Shown piece after piece: positions 11,167 to 23,960 of a DNA stretch of 64,000 nt. Both the position numbers and the translations under genes were made by a program. Below the pieces are notes generated by a model. That model did no database searches, had not been told where the DNA came from, and was given only the letters and a program-made list of their open reading frames with translations. Positions within the stretch are counted from its first letter, which is position 1, and every line of letters begins with the position of its first letter. Source of the stretch: Heteronotia binoei (Eukaryota). Location: the NCBI RefSeq assembly GCF_032191835.1, contig NC_083223.1:252340001-252404000 (forward strand), written 5' to 3'.

Positions 11167-12860
11167 CCATGGCCCATCCCAGCAGTAAGTGTTCAGAGGT
11201 CGTAGGTTGCATGCCAGGTGGCCGAGGTGGGGGAGGGCAGAAGGAATTACTCATGGGAATTCTAATCAGTGCCTGGAGCAAGCTGAACAGTGCACCCTGA
11301 CCTCTCTCTACCCTATTTCGGTAAACATGTGGGAGAAAAGGTGTTTCCCGAAGTGCAGTGGATGGGCCATCTCTTTGCTGGTCAATGCATGCATGCACAT
11401 GCAGGGCCACACATTGTGTCCAAACTGTGTACGTGTATATATGTAATATGTACATCTAAGTGGTGTAGATTTCTTTGCAGGCTCCTCCGTGCTTGTGCGA
11501 GGTAGCACCGAAGGCAAGGCTCTGAGACCCCCTTTGCCGACCATGCTCTAACCTGCGCTGATGTTTTAACGTCGGCTTCCTTTGAAGGTTGGTGATGCTG
11601 CCTTTTGGTTCACTGCTCCTCCTCCCCCTCTGCCTTCCCCTCTTTCCTCGTTTTATTATTTTTTCCCTCCTCCGCCCCCTCCCCTGATTTCATCCGGTCG
11701 TTACCGTAAAGCCTGCTTTGAAGAGCCGCCTCGCCAACCCCGCCTTGCGAACGAACCCGAAGATAAAATTTTGCTCGTAAGAAAACGTGTCCGTTTTTGA
11801 ACTTCCTGCCCAAAGCGACAGGCGCTTGCAGCCTCAGTCCACTCCGCTAGCTAACCGTTGCTTGCTGCGTGTTGCGTACCGAGCTCTCGTTCCTGGAGCA
11901 GAGCCGAGAAAAGCCACGAGCTCCGTAGCCAATGAAGCTTCCTTTGCTTTCGCTGTATTACCTGGGTACACCTTTCTTTGTATAACTGGTGAACAGAGTT
12001 TGTTCTTGTTGCCGCAACTTGTTTGATTTCTCTTTTTTCTTTTCGTTTTTAAAAAATTGTTGATTATTAAACGGCTTTTACAGAACCTCTCGCGTCTCGT
12101 CGTAAAATCAGCGTCGCTTGGATTATACCCCTTTGTCCGACTTTGCCCTGCCTTCGACCTCCGTCCTGCCTTCTGCATGGGGGGAACCGGCCACTGTCAT
12201 ATCCCGCTCCCGGCATTCGAACCGCCTCCCCGCCTCCGTTAACGTCCTTCCCTCTCCCTCCACTTCCCCTAAAGAGCATCGTCTGCTCCTCTCTCTTGCC
12301 TCCGCTGCTGTCACTAACCCCAGTTTCTAGCTCAGGGAGTTCAGGACCCTTTTTTGCCAAAATGTCAGTGCCTTGAGCCTCGTGTGCTAATGCTGGATTC
12401 CCACCTCTTTGGCTATGCCTTGAAACCCTGGGGTTGGTTTACAAACCGCCTGTGCCAAGCGCCCGTGTTTTAACCCTCTTTTTTCCCATTGACTCTCTTT
12501 CTGTGAACAGCCATGTCCGGAAGGCGCAAGGGGAAGGGATCTCGGGCAGAGCTGACCTGAAGCAAGACAGCGCCTTCTGTTCTGCCACCGGCCAGCTGAC
12601 CAGCACGAAGCTTCTCCAAGCACCCTGAGGGAGCCTTCGACCACTCCCCCCCCCTCCTCTCCTTCTCTTTAGAGTAGGCGCTGGAAAGAAAGGTGGGGGC
12701 TGGTGGGTGAATGCCACTTCTGCAGCCTGGCCAGAACGGATTGTCCCAGTAGGATTCTTACTTCTCTGAATTTCCCTTTCTCATCACCTGGGACAGAAAG
12801 GGTATGAGAAGAAAGCCCCAGGTTGTTTTACTGGAAGAGGGTGATGCAGCGCTTTGCTTT

Positions 12861-13038
12861 GCTTTTTTCTGTAGCAGGAACTCCTTTGCATATTAGACCA
12901 CACACCCCAGCTGTAGCCAATCATCCTGGAGCTTACAGTAGACCCTGTAAGAAGAGCCCTGTAAGCTCTTGGAGGATTGGTTACATCAGGGGTGTGTGGC
13001 CTAATATGCAAAGGAGTTCCTGCTTCAAAAAAGCCCTG
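12861..13038. mobile_element. Palindromic hAT MITE (CAGGGCTTTTT...AAAAAGCCCTG family)
   Basis: Near-perfect inverted arms; same family at 25724-25895, 37834-38020 and 47197-47395. Confidence 0.85.
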
Positions 13039-13877
13039 GGGTCATGTAGTTAGCGACACAGCTATGTGGTAGGCAGCTGTCACCATCCACTTGTGGCATT
13101 TTGAGTGCTAGAACTTTCCTTGCTATGAAGGGAACAAAATAGGCTCGAGTTTTGCTGGAGGTGGGGAGGAGGCCGACACTCTTCTGGGAGCTCATGGAAA
13201 TTAGAAGAATTAGCCCATCAAGCTGCTTCATAGGTTAGGTGCAGGATGGCAAACCAGATGCTTTCGGGAGACAGGCTAAGAGGTGTGCCCCCTCTTCAGG
13301 CAGTGGGTCAAGATGCACAGGTAGGGCATGCCCCCAACTCTAAGGGAGTGTCAGCAAAAGTATTACACTTGGCTAGTTTTTAATTTTTTTAAAAAAAGAA
13401 CAGACTTCCTACACTTTCACTAGTTGAGAGCATTTCAGCAGGGCCAGCTTTCTCCAGCATTGCAGGGCTAAAATTGCCTCATTCTGGACAATATTGAAAA
13501 GGATGGGAAATGGGAGAGCTGACAAAAAGAATCTTTTCTCTCTCCCAAAATACTAGAGCTCAAGGGCATCCATTGAAACCGATTGGGTGGTAGGTTCAGA
13601 ATGGACAAAAGGAGATACTACTTTATGCAGAGAGTTACTAAAATGTGGAATTCACTGCCCGAGGATGTAGTGATGTCTACAGGAATAAACAGCTTTAAAG
13701 GAGAATAAGGATAGGTCTATCAGTGGCAACTAGCCATGGTGACTGGCCAGAAAACCACATCAGGGGAAGGCCTCAGCATCTATGCCTGGTTGGTGGCCCT
13801 CCAAAAGAACTGGTTGGCCACTGTATGAGACTAGATGGACCATTGGTCTGGTCCAGCATGGCTGTTATGTTCTATTG

Positions 13878-14037
13878 TGGCTCAATGGAAGAGCTTCTGC
13901 TTTGCATGCAGAAGGTCCCAGGTTCAATCCCTGACATTTCCCGTTAACCTGAGACACAGGAAAGCCACTGCCAGTCTAAATAGGCAATACTGACAGATGG
14001 ACCAGTGGTCTGATTCACTATAAGGCAGTTTCATGTG
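13878..14037 (+). mobile_element. tRNA-derived SINE (gtggctcagtggtagagcatctgcttg family); other copies ~2515-2677, ~14755-14950, ~16064-16272, ~27818-28010, ~34778-34972
   Basis: tRNA-like A/B boxes followed by the shared body gagaccctggagagc-gctgccagtc-gagtagacaatactga. Confidence 0.8.
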
Positions 14038-14199
14038 TATAGGGAAGAAACAGGTGTAATACCCTCCTTAGTGGTCACATATTTTAGGCTAGTATTAAAA
14101 ATAGGGTGACAAGGGTGGTGGCTTGGGCAGGCCAGTAGGATATCTGGGTTTCCTTTTATGGTTGCCAGCTACTTAGTTGTCCTATTACTGCCCTGACTT

Positions 14200-14706
14200 T
14201 TACAGTGGAATCTTTTGAATGAAACGTGCTGAACACGCTTGACAGTGGGCTGCAGCCCATCTGTGCTTGTGTGCTGGCTGAACTTGAAGGCTCGGTTTTC
14301 TCAGAGAGAGTTTGAATAAAGCAGAAGGATGCGGGCTGTGAGATGGAAGCAGGCCAGCCCCTCCTGATCCCCCCTGGTTTGTTTTGGATCCCTCTGCCCC
14401 ATCCTTGAGGAGCTGTGGGGAACTGAGCAGCAGCTGCAGTTGGCTGATGGATTCCCTGGCAGCAGAGTCAGATCTCAACGCTGACCCACCTGGCATGGGG
14501 AAGCCAACTGGGTGAGGCCATTCGGGTAAGTACTCTTTCTCCTGTACAGCTAAGCCTGGGTGCCATAACAACGGAGCAGAGGGAACTGGCAGGGGGGCAG
14601 GGGACTTTGGAATAGAGCAGTCTCTCCAGGATGTACGTACAAGCTCCAAATTCCGCTTCAAGCTTTCTTGATGGTTGTGGCTGTTTTCCAGACCCCCTTC
14701 CCTCTA
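14200..14706 (-). other. Open Pro/Ser/Leu-rich frame; possible terminal exon or remnant of an unidentified gene
   Basis: More than 150 open codons in unique-looking sequence; no convincing acceptor or domain. Confidence 0.25.
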
Positions 14707-17700
14707 TCATACCAGATGGAAGCTAAGCTGAACAGCACACTAAGTGAGGCACGGACTGTGGCTCAGGATTAGAGCATCTGCTTGGCCTGCAGAGGGCCTC
14801 AGATTCAGTTCCAGCCACAAGGAGGATGGAGCAGGCAATACACAAGACCTCAGCCTGAGAGTCTGGAGAGCCACTGCCAGTCACAAGTAGATAACGTTGA
14901 GTTGACCTTGATATACCGAAGGTCTGACTCAGTGTAAGGTATCTGCACGTGTGGTAAGATGAAAATGCTCAGTAGGATGGTTCAGGGTGCATCTCCAGCC
15001 CTATCTCTTCTCTCCAAGCTGATTTGACTGGGCCCCCTATTCCCTCTCCTTCTCTGGGCCTTTCTGCCCTTCCCAAGAAGGGCTCTTGAGTTCTTCCTTG
15101 ATTGATTGGAGCCTTGTGGGATTCAGAGTCCTGAGCGTCTCCGTCTCCACCGGGAAGATTGCTTTGTTCAGGATTCTACAGGAGGAGAAGGTGTCACTTC
15201 AAAGGTGCAGGTACCCTCCCTCATGAAGTGATGAACGAGGTCAACAGCTTGCTGTGGAGGCTTTTGTAGCCTTTGCTATTTTATTAGCCACCGCCCCACA
15301 TTTGCAAAGAAAGTGAGGTAAAAAAAAATATTTTAAATAAATAAACTTAAAAAACTCTCCAGCTGTGCCCAGATTTGCCTTCCTTCTGTGGCTGTAGTAT
15401 TTCATGGTCTGGGGCATAACAGGGATTGGGCTGCCTCCTCCTCAAGCAGTGAAATGCGGAGATCAGCGATGCAAGATTATGGTGGTCAGGATTATGGTGT
15501 GCTCAATTCTAAAAGCTGCCACAACAGCTGCGTGGAACTGAACAAGAAAGGGGGGTTCTGCACTTCTCTCGGACTTAAAACATGATGCTGGAGAGGCAGA
15601 GTCGCTGCCCTGTGGGACTTAAGCTCAAGCATGGCCTTGTGTGTGAATTCAGCCACTGCCCATGGGCATCAAGACATACTGTGGTAGGGAGGGTTCCATG
15701 AGAGCCAGGGTATGTGGGGGAGCTTTGGGATGGCCGGTGAGTGCCAGAACTAGGTGTGAGCTCTGATAATAATAATAATAATAAAATTTTATTTATATCC
15801 CGCCCTCCCCGCTGAGGTGGGCTCAGGGCGGCTAACAACATTTCATAAAAATTATAAGAGTTTAAAATCACATTAACTTTAAAACATTCCAATTAATGAA
15901 GTATTATTATGGGATGGTTGAGCTGAGGACTGGGATGATGGCAAAAGGAACTGTGATAGTGGTTTGTGTGGTTTGCCTTCTCTCCAGCAAGGTGATGGGG
16001 TAACAAGACCAGGGAGAAGCAGCCACTTGGGGGCAGTGGCTAATGTCATTAGAACATTGGGGAGGGACAGTGGCTCAGTGGTAGAGCATCTGCTTGGTAA
16101 GCAGAAGGTCCCAGGTTCAATCCCCAGCATCTCCAACTAAAAGGGTCCAGGCAAATAGCTGTGAAAAACCTCAGCTTGAGACCCTGGAGAACTGCTGCCA
16201 GTCTGAGTAGACAATACTGACTTTGATGGACCGAGGGTCTGATTCAGTGTAAGGCAGCTTCATATGTTCATAAGGAGCACCCTACTGGTGGTCCATCTGG
16301 TCCAGCATCCTGTCTCTCACAATGGCCAACCAGTTCCTCTGGAGAGCCACCAACAGGGCACAGAGGCTGAGGACTTCCCTGATGTTGCCTCCTGGCTCTG
16401 TGATTCAGAGGTTTAGTGCCTCTGAACATGGAGGTTCCCCTCAGTCACCATGGCTAGTAGCCACTGATAGACCTGTCCTCCATGAATCTCTCTAATCCTC
16501 TTAGATTATCTAATCCCTTTGGATTTGCAGTATGGGGAGGGTAAGAGTGTGAGAATGATGGCCACAGACCAAGCACAGTTTCAGTAGTGCCACATGATTG
16601 CAGAACAAGTTAATCTTTGCTACAGTGATCCTTAGTGGTGGTGGTTTTGCTGTTTTGACTGCTGGTGGGAAATATGTAGTTATCTGCAAAGTGTTTGCAC
16701 CATAGGAACAAGAGACCTGGTGTATAAAGAGCTTCTCAAATCGTGGGCTTAAGAGCCGTGTCCTTTTAGGGCTGAGCCCAGTCTAGGAGAGAGGTGTCCA
16801 GATGGCCCCATCCCCAGCAGTTCCCATCCCTAGCAGAAGTTGTCTCAGTTCATTTTAGCAGTCAGAACTCACAGGATGATCTAGCCTGCTCCCACGTGGC
16901 TACAATTCCCTATTGTGTACTCATGATCATTGCAAGGCAAAGATATTTGCAACACAGCATTCATGTGAGGGTATTCTCGATGACCCTCATTGTATTTCCT
17001 CATCCCCCCTGCACCACCACCCCATATGCAGCCAGAGGGTTTCTTTGCTGGTTTAAAAAATGGTAGTGGGTATATTGTTATAGTCAGTCTTGGGATGCTG
17101 TAGGGATTTTGCCACAACCACAGCCAGTTTGGTTTAGTGGTTAAGTGTGCAGACTCATCTGGGAGAACTGGGTTTGATTCCCCACTCCTCCACTTGCAGC
17201 TGCTGGAATGGCCTTGGGTTAGCCATAGCTATTGCAGAGCTGTCCTTGAAAGGGCAGCTTCTGTGAGAGCTCTCTTAGCTGCACCTTCCTAACAGGATGT
17301 CTGTTGTGGGGGAGGAATGTAAAGGAGATTGTGAGCTGCTCTGAGATTCCCAAGATTTAGAGTGAAGGACGGGGTATAAATCCAATATCTTCTTTTAAGC
17401 CTGCAAAAAGGCTTTGAATGTTTTGGGGGCGGGGCATGGACACAAGAGGACATGGAGGGGAATAGGTACCACGTGGATGGAGGGGGATTGAAAATCCACC
17501 CCTTCCCATCCATATGGTGAGCAAATCCACTTTGACTATAATCTTCCAGTAAAGACTAGGACAAAACTAGTTTGGAAGCATTTCAGCAAACCTGGGGAAA
17601 CTGCAATGGCTGATGGAAAGAGAATGGCTGGAGAACAAAGTCACATGAATGCTCTGGGGAAAAAAACAACAAAACCCACCTTGCTACAGTTTGAGGGTCA

Positions 17701-17892
17701 TAGTGGAGTAAATCACTTGTATGAAAGGAGCCCTATGCACCATTCTTTCTGTTCCTGGACTGAAATTGCTTTCTGAAGTGGCATCCCAAGATGGCACGCA
17801 CATCATTAAAACTATGCTTGCTGAACAGATTAATACTTGGATTCATTCTTCATCCTTCAGCTCTGCTGAAGTGCCATGCAGCTGCTAAAACG

Positions 17893-18177
17893 TAAAGGTA
17901 GTCCCCTGTGCAAGCACCAGTCGTTTCCGACTCTGGGGTGACGTTGCTTTCACAATGTTTTTACAGCAGACTTTTTTACAGGGTGGTTTGCCATGGCCTT
18001 CCTCAGTCATCTACACTTTCCCCCCAGCAAGCTGGGTACTCGTTTTACCAACCTCAGAAGGATGGAAGGCTGAATCAACCTTGAGCCCGCTACCTGAACC
18101 CAGCTTTTGCTGGGATCGGACTCTGGTCGTGAGCAGAGTTTAGGACTGCAGTACTGCAGCTTTATCACTCTGTGCCA
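17893..18177 (-). mobile_element. Sauria-type SINE
   Basis: Full-length match to the other copies in the window. Confidence 0.9.
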
Positions 18178-18400
18178 TGCAGCTGTTAGCAGGGAAGAAT
18201 TGGACAAGAAGTTTCTAGGGGCAGTGCGCTTAACTGGCACTGTGCTAGGGCTACCAGCAGACAAATGTCCTGACCTTTTAATAGAGGCATAATAGAATGT
18301 TATTTAGCAGGTGACATGATTTCCCTCTGCCAGGAACAGCTTCAGCTGCCCCTGTTCATGTTGGTGTAGTGGTCAACAGTGTTGGGATAGTTCCTGGAAG

Positions 18401-18702
18401 GAAAGGAAAGGTCCCCTGTGCAAGCACCAGTCGTTTCCGACTCTGGGGTGACATTGCTTTCACAACGTTTTCACGGCAGCCTTTTTACATGGTGGTTTGC
18501 CATGGCCTTCCCCAGTCATCTTCACTATCCCCCCAGCAAGCTGGGTACTCATTTTACTGACCTCGGAAGGATGGAAGGCTGAGTCAACCTTGGGCCAGCT
18601 ACCTGAATCCAGCTTCCGCTGGAATCAAATTCAGGTTGTGAGCAGAGAGTTCAGACCACAGTACTGCAGAACTGCTGTTTTACCACTCTGCGTCAAGGGG
18701 CC
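18401..18702 (-). mobile_element. Sauria-type SINE inserted in another SINE
   Basis: 14-bp TSD ATAGTTCCTGGAAG at 18387-18400 and 18703-18716. Confidence 0.9.
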
Positions 18703-18989
18703 ATAGTTCCTGGAAGACCCAGGTTCAAATCCCCATCTGTGTTTTGGAAGCTGGCTTGGGTGAGCTTGGGCCAGTCACAGTCTCTTAGGCTAAGCTGCCT
18801 CACAGAGTTGTTGTCAGGATAAAAATGGAGGAAAGGAGATTATGTAAGCTGTTTTTGGTCCTCATTGGGGAGGAAGGTGGGTACAAATTAATGAAAAGCA
18901 TCTATATTAAGAGGGAAAATTTTCTCTAGGCTTGTTGGCAATTTTACTTCTTTTTAAAAAAAAAATCTTTGCTAAAAACAAAGATCTTT

Positions 18990-19370
18990 GACTTACAAAT
19001 GCATAAGAGGAGCATAAAATTGTATCATTCAATAACATTGTAAAAATAGTCAAAAATACTGCATAAAATAGCATGAACACAGAAATAATAACTAAATATG
19101 AGCCAACCAAATATACCCAGAAATGCGCCTCTCAGACCTTAAACAACTAAAAACGATGCCAAGAATGATAAGTGCAGTTGGAAGGAAGAATACATTGTTC
19201 TGACATAAAATTTAAAATCGGGGCCCAGATAGATCTAAACTTAATATGAGTACTGAATTCCAAAAGTTGTAGGAGTGTGGGAATGATGACCACGGACCAA
19301 GCACAGTTCCAATGGTGCCACATGATCGCAGAACGAATTAATCTTTGCAACAGTGATCCTGGGTGGTACT
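18990..19370 (-). mobile_element. Probable L1-like LINE 3' fragment (related fragment ~16540-16780)
   Basis: Translates to ...KFRSIWAPILNF, resembling the L1/Tx1 ORF2 C-terminal motif, followed by an A-rich tail. Confidence 0.45.
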
Positions 19371-20539
19371 GGTACTGTTAGATTTTACTAATTTTACTTC
19401 TGATAAGTACAAATACACTAGTGTTTAGAAATTACATGAAGGTCAATACGAAATGATTTTTAAAAAGATACCTTGGGGACTGAGATGGGAGGTGTGATAA
19501 AAATAATGTGAGCGTGTTTCGATGCATTTCCTTTTTTAAAAGTTCTATTTTTTTATAAACAATCCTTCGCTGTAAGAGAAGTTACTCGTTCCCCCTCCCC
19601 ACAAGCATTAATATCCCACCCCCGGTCTCTTAAACCTAAACGTGATATTCATCATAGGATACGGCGCTTGCTGTTCAAATGCTGTTTGTTGCGAAGCTTT
19701 TAAAAACACAAGAGCTTTCACAGATATTCAGCAGCTTCCCAAGCTAGTTTCTTTTGTATCTTGAAGGCACGATTATTTCAAAGCACAATGAAATGGATAG
19801 TTAAATCTTCAAGAGCTTCATTTGAACGTTTGCATTGCTATTTATTTCCACCGCTCTTACCCCAATACAAATATTGCTACCTAGTATAATTGGAAACCGG
19901 AAACTACGTTAAAGCACCAGTAAGACTTTAGCCCGTAGGGAGATAGAAGTGGTACCATAGAGTTGCAGCGTTGCTCTAGCTTTCTGGGCTGGCTGTTCCT
20001 TTAAGTTTCCTGCAATGGGCGGGACTTGGTAGGGAATGGGGTTAGAGCGCTAAGGACTGCTAACACAACTTCCGGTAGCTGACAACGGGAGGAGAGGTAG
20101 AAATACCTAGGAATTCCACAGAAACTACACTCGGGACAATGGAACCCCCAGAGTGAACCCCCCAAAGTGTTTAGGGGGAGGTGTTTGTGAATTTCCTGCA
20201 TTGTGCCGGGGGTTGGACTAGATGACCCTAGTGGTCCCTTTCAACTCTATGATTAAAGCATTGGTTTCTTATCTCACTACGCATGCTAAGGTCATTCAGT
20301 TCTCGCATCTGTTTATTTACGCCATTATTATACTGTTTAATGTTCGGGTTTTTCGTCTATTTGTTTCAAATTAGACCCACGATTTCAAGATATTTTTTTT
20401 AATGTTTTAAAAATAAATCTATTCACCTTTCAGGTGCTAAAATGCTCCTCTTTTGTTTCTGCTGCAGATTAACACGAGGTTGAATTATTTTCTGGAATCT
20501 AATAAAACTCTGGGTTTTTATACAATATGTAAACATTAT

Positions 20540-20950
20540 GGACTCCTCCGGTCCCACTTAGGATGTCCAGAACGGCAATCGGAAGTGAGAGTTGCACGGA
20601 ACTCTTTGTTTATCTACCTCTTTGAGAGATCATATGCGGAGGCCTGAGGGGCGGGGCCGAAGGAGCCTAGGTCCAGCGTGACTGCGGGGGAAGTGCTGCG
20701 AGCTCGGGTGAGCTATGGGGTTGCTCAGCATCCTGAAGAAGATGCGGCAGAAAGAGCGCGAGCTGCGACTGCTCATGCTGTATCCTTCTGCGAGGAGAGA
20801 GAGTGCTTCGATATCCCTGTACTTTCTCCAGCACTCGCCTTACTCCGGTTTATTAGCGGGAGTACCGACCATCTGATACGTCATTAGAGTAGCAGTTGTT
20901 TTAAAATAGCGCCTGTCGAACTGCGCCGGGTAGTTTCAGCAGGGGGTTTA
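20540..20950 (+). promoter_or_regulatory. ARL2 CpG-island promoter
   Basis: CpG-rich; CGGAAGT (ETS) near 20580; GGGGCGGGG near 20648. Confidence 0.7.
20715..20779 (+). CDS. ARL2: ARL2 exon 1 (MGLLSILKKMRQKERELRLLM)
   Basis: Matches the ARL2 N-terminus; donor GTATCCTT. Confidence 0.96.
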
Positions 20951-21945
20951 CTAAAATGCCTCTGTACATGTAGTTCCTAATTGGAACTGCCAACTCTGGT
21001 TTGGGAGTTTCTGGAGATTTGGAGGTGATGCTGTATCAGGAAGGTGGATTTGGGGGGAGGGGCAGAACAGTGGCAAACTCTAGCTTGGTAAATTCTTAGA
21101 AATTTGGGGTGGTTACTGGCAATGCTGTAATATAGGAAAGGAAAGGAACTCTGCACAGATAATGTTGAGTCTGGCCTTCCAAATTGGCATTTTGTGCAGG
21201 GTAGTTGATCTCTGTAGTCTGGTGATTGCTTGTAATTCTTAGAGAGCTCCAGGCACTACCTTGAGATTGGTTACTCAATGCCTATGCCTTACCTGCAACA
21301 AAGGGAATACCTGTTGGACAGCTGTGTTAATCTGTAGCACTAGGAGTCTGGTGGCACCTAACATTTATCCCACTGTAAGCTTGCATGCCTCAGATCTCAG
21401 TCAGATGCATCAAACTGTATGCCAAATAGGTGGGTGCTTTTTATTTACAACAGAAAGGGAGGAGGGGAGATGCTTAAAAGAAGATATAGTAGGGAAAGTA
21501 ACTACTTCACTTGGAAGGGATGACATCCATCCCAACTGTTGTTAGAGGGGAAACCAAGTAGGATTAATTTAAAATCTGGTGGATTTTGCATTGGGTTCTT
21601 TGCATTGCTTTAAGACAGTGACTTTCGGACCAGCACTTAATTAAAATATTCATCCATTAGATTCTAAATAGTGTAATTTTTTAATGTCAGAATTGGTGTA
21701 CATACCTCTGATCATGTACAGAGTGCAAGTGCTCCATCCTTGAGTAACCAAGATTCCTTGTATAACAAAGGGAGTATTTCTATGCACATAATGGAGTTCT
21801 TGGTTTGACTAATCACAGTTGTCATTTTTTAAATCAGACAGGCTTTTAGCATTCTATGGCAGTTTTGAGAAAATTTAAGCAAAGCTCTCTCTGTAGACTC
21901 CTTTTTTCTCCTATGTTGTGTTCTCCTTAACTCATTCTTCTGCAG

Positions 21946-22056
21946 GGGCTTAGACAATGCTGGCAAAACCACCATCCTGAAGAAGTTCAATGGGGATGAT
22001 ATTGACACCATCTCACCCACATTAGGGTTCAACATCAAGACGCTGGAGCATCGTGG
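21946..22056 (+). CDS. ARL2: ARL2 exon 2 (P-loop GLDNAGKT)
   Basis: AG/GT bounded, in phase. Confidence 0.97.
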
Positions 22057-22636
22057 GTGAGCCCTCCAGTTCTCCTAAGCTACTTTAGGCCAGAAGGAAG
22101 GCTATAGCTTGGTCTTCCTCTTGCTGTTTCTCCTCCTTGCGATACCCTGGCACTCTCTCCCAATGCTCCCTCCCTCTGTGGAGTCTTGTGAGCAAAAATT
22201 CTACTTTGTGAGCCACTGGCATTAGAGTTGTGAGCTACTGCATAAATTAGTTTGCTCCGGGGGCACTTTTCCTAAGCTAAGACAAAATGTGTGAGCCAGA
22301 TGCTAAAAAACTGTGAGCTAGCTCACACTAACTCAGCTTGGAACACTGCTCTCCTCTGTGTTTCCAGTGATCTTGTTTCAGAGGGTAGCTGTGCTGGTGT
22401 AGGAGCTAGATTCAAGTTCAGTTGCATCTTAAGAGTTTTTTTGGGATTCTGAGAGTCAAAGCTTCTCTTGTCAGATATCAATGAAGGGAACTTTGACTCC
22501 CAAAAGTTTATATCCCAAAAATCGTGTTGGCCTCTAAGGTGCAACTGTACCCAAATCTGGCTCCTCGCTGAACTAAACTTATTCAGTCTGAGCCAGTTTT
22601 TAAATCCTTCCTACCCAACGTGGCATCTCTTTGCAG

Positions 22637-22799
22637 CTTCAAGCTGAACATCTGGGATGTGGGGGGCCAGAAGTCCCTGCGCTCTTACTGGAGGAACTAC
22701 TTTGAGAGCACGGATGGCCTCATCTGGGTGGTAGACAGTGCCGACCGCCAGCGTCTGGAGGACTGCAAAAGGGAACTGCAGAGCCTTCTGGTGGAAGAG
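22637..22799 (+). CDS. ARL2: ARL2 exon 3 (WDVGGQ)
   Basis: [27 protein letters not shown]...LLVEE. Confidence 0.97.
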
Positions 22800-22985
22800 G
22801 TAGGAGCTATGTGGGGGAGGGCAGCAGGTAGTAGGTGACCCCCCCCCCCAAGGCCTGCAGTAGGGATGGCACCGGCCCCATTGCTGCAAATCTGGACTGG
22901 AGTGGGAAAAGCATATGGGCATTCCAAGGAATAAGGTGTGCGTGGGGGGTGTATAACACTTACTATCTGCTTGTTTCTCCAACAG

Positions 22986-23066
22986 CGCTTGGCAGGAGCC
23001 ACCTTGATCATCTTTGCCAATAAACAGGACCTGCCAGGGGCCCTAAGTGCTAACGCCATCCAAGAG
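22986..23066 (+). CDS. ARL2: ARL2 exon 4 (NKQD)
   Basis: [27 protein letters not shown]. Confidence 0.97.
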
Positions 23067-23384
23067 GTGAGAGCCAGTGGCCATACTGGGGCATGGTAGG
23101 ATCAGTACACAGGTGGGGGTGGACTGGGCACAACAAAATGAACACAACAAAATGAGCAGGGATCATCAGGGATGCTGCAGGCTTAATCCTTCATTGAGCA
23201 GGGGGGTTGGACTAGATGGCCTGTACGGCCCCTTCCAACTCTATGATTCTATGAGGAAATGACAGCTGCGAAGAAATCTGACACATTAAAAACAGTAATG
23301 CAGTTTAAGAAGCCAGAAAAAGGCTTGTTTGCTCAATAATCAAGATAATCAAGCATGAACTTTCTCTATAAGCTACAATGACTA

Positions 23385-23510
23385 AACGAGCTATAATACT
23401 CTGGCCACACCTTGTGAGAAGACAAAATTCCCTGGAAAAGACAATCCTGCAAGGAAAAGCTGAAGGCAGCAAGGAAAGAGAGAAGACCCAACATAAGATG
23501 GATGGACTCA
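23385..23510 (+). mobile_element. BovB-type RTE 3' fragment
   Basis: ccctggaaaagacaatcctgcaaggaaaagctgaaggcagcaagg...agatggatggactca. Confidence 0.55.
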
Positions 23511-23960
23511 CAGAATCATAGAGTTGGAAGGGACTTCCGGGGTCATCTAGTCCAGCCTCCTGCACAATGCAGGAAATTCACAAGTACCTCCCCCTAAATT
23601 CACAGGATCAGTATTGCTGTCAGATGGCTATCTAGCCTCTGTTTAAAAACCCCCAAAGAAGGAGAGGACCACCTCCTGAGGAAGCCTGATCCACTGGAGA
23701 ACTGCTCTAAGGGTCAGGAAGTTCTTGCTAATGTTTAGCCAAAAACTCTTTTGATTTAACTTCAACCCATTGGTTCTGGGACAACAGAAAACACTCTGCA
23801 CCATCCTCTAGATGACAGCCCTTCAAGTACTTGAAGATGGTGATCATATCACCTCTCAGTTGTCTCCTCTTCAGGCTAAACATACCCACCTCCTTCAGCC
23901 TTTCCTCATAGGACTTGGTTTCCAGACCTCTCACCATCTTCGTTGTTCTCCTCTAGACAA
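23511..23960 (-). mobile_element. CR1 LINE 3' fragment (similar pieces ~37150-37360, ~44520-44810)
   Basis: [43 protein letters not shown] is the CR1 RT C-terminus. Confidence 0.85.

Noticed and set aside
11935-12060. MALAT1/NEAT1-type triple-helix U-rich tracts
   Set aside because: No downstream AAAAAGCAAAA tract or mascRNA-like cloverleaf
12513-12560. Histone-like start MSGRRKGKG after an acceptor
   Set aside because: Stops after 15 codons; no histone fold or stem-loop
16064-16140. tRNA genes (this and similar heads)
   Set aside because: Each continues into a shared SINE body; acceptor stems do not close
16545-19365. ~100-bp duplicated segment (16545-16640, 19275-19365) starting ATGATG(A), like a C/D snoRNA or SECIS pair
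   Set aside because: No CTGA D box (reads GTGA) and SECIS geometry does not pair; the minus-strand context of the second copy reads like an L1 ORF2 3' end, so two LINE fragments are the simpler explanation
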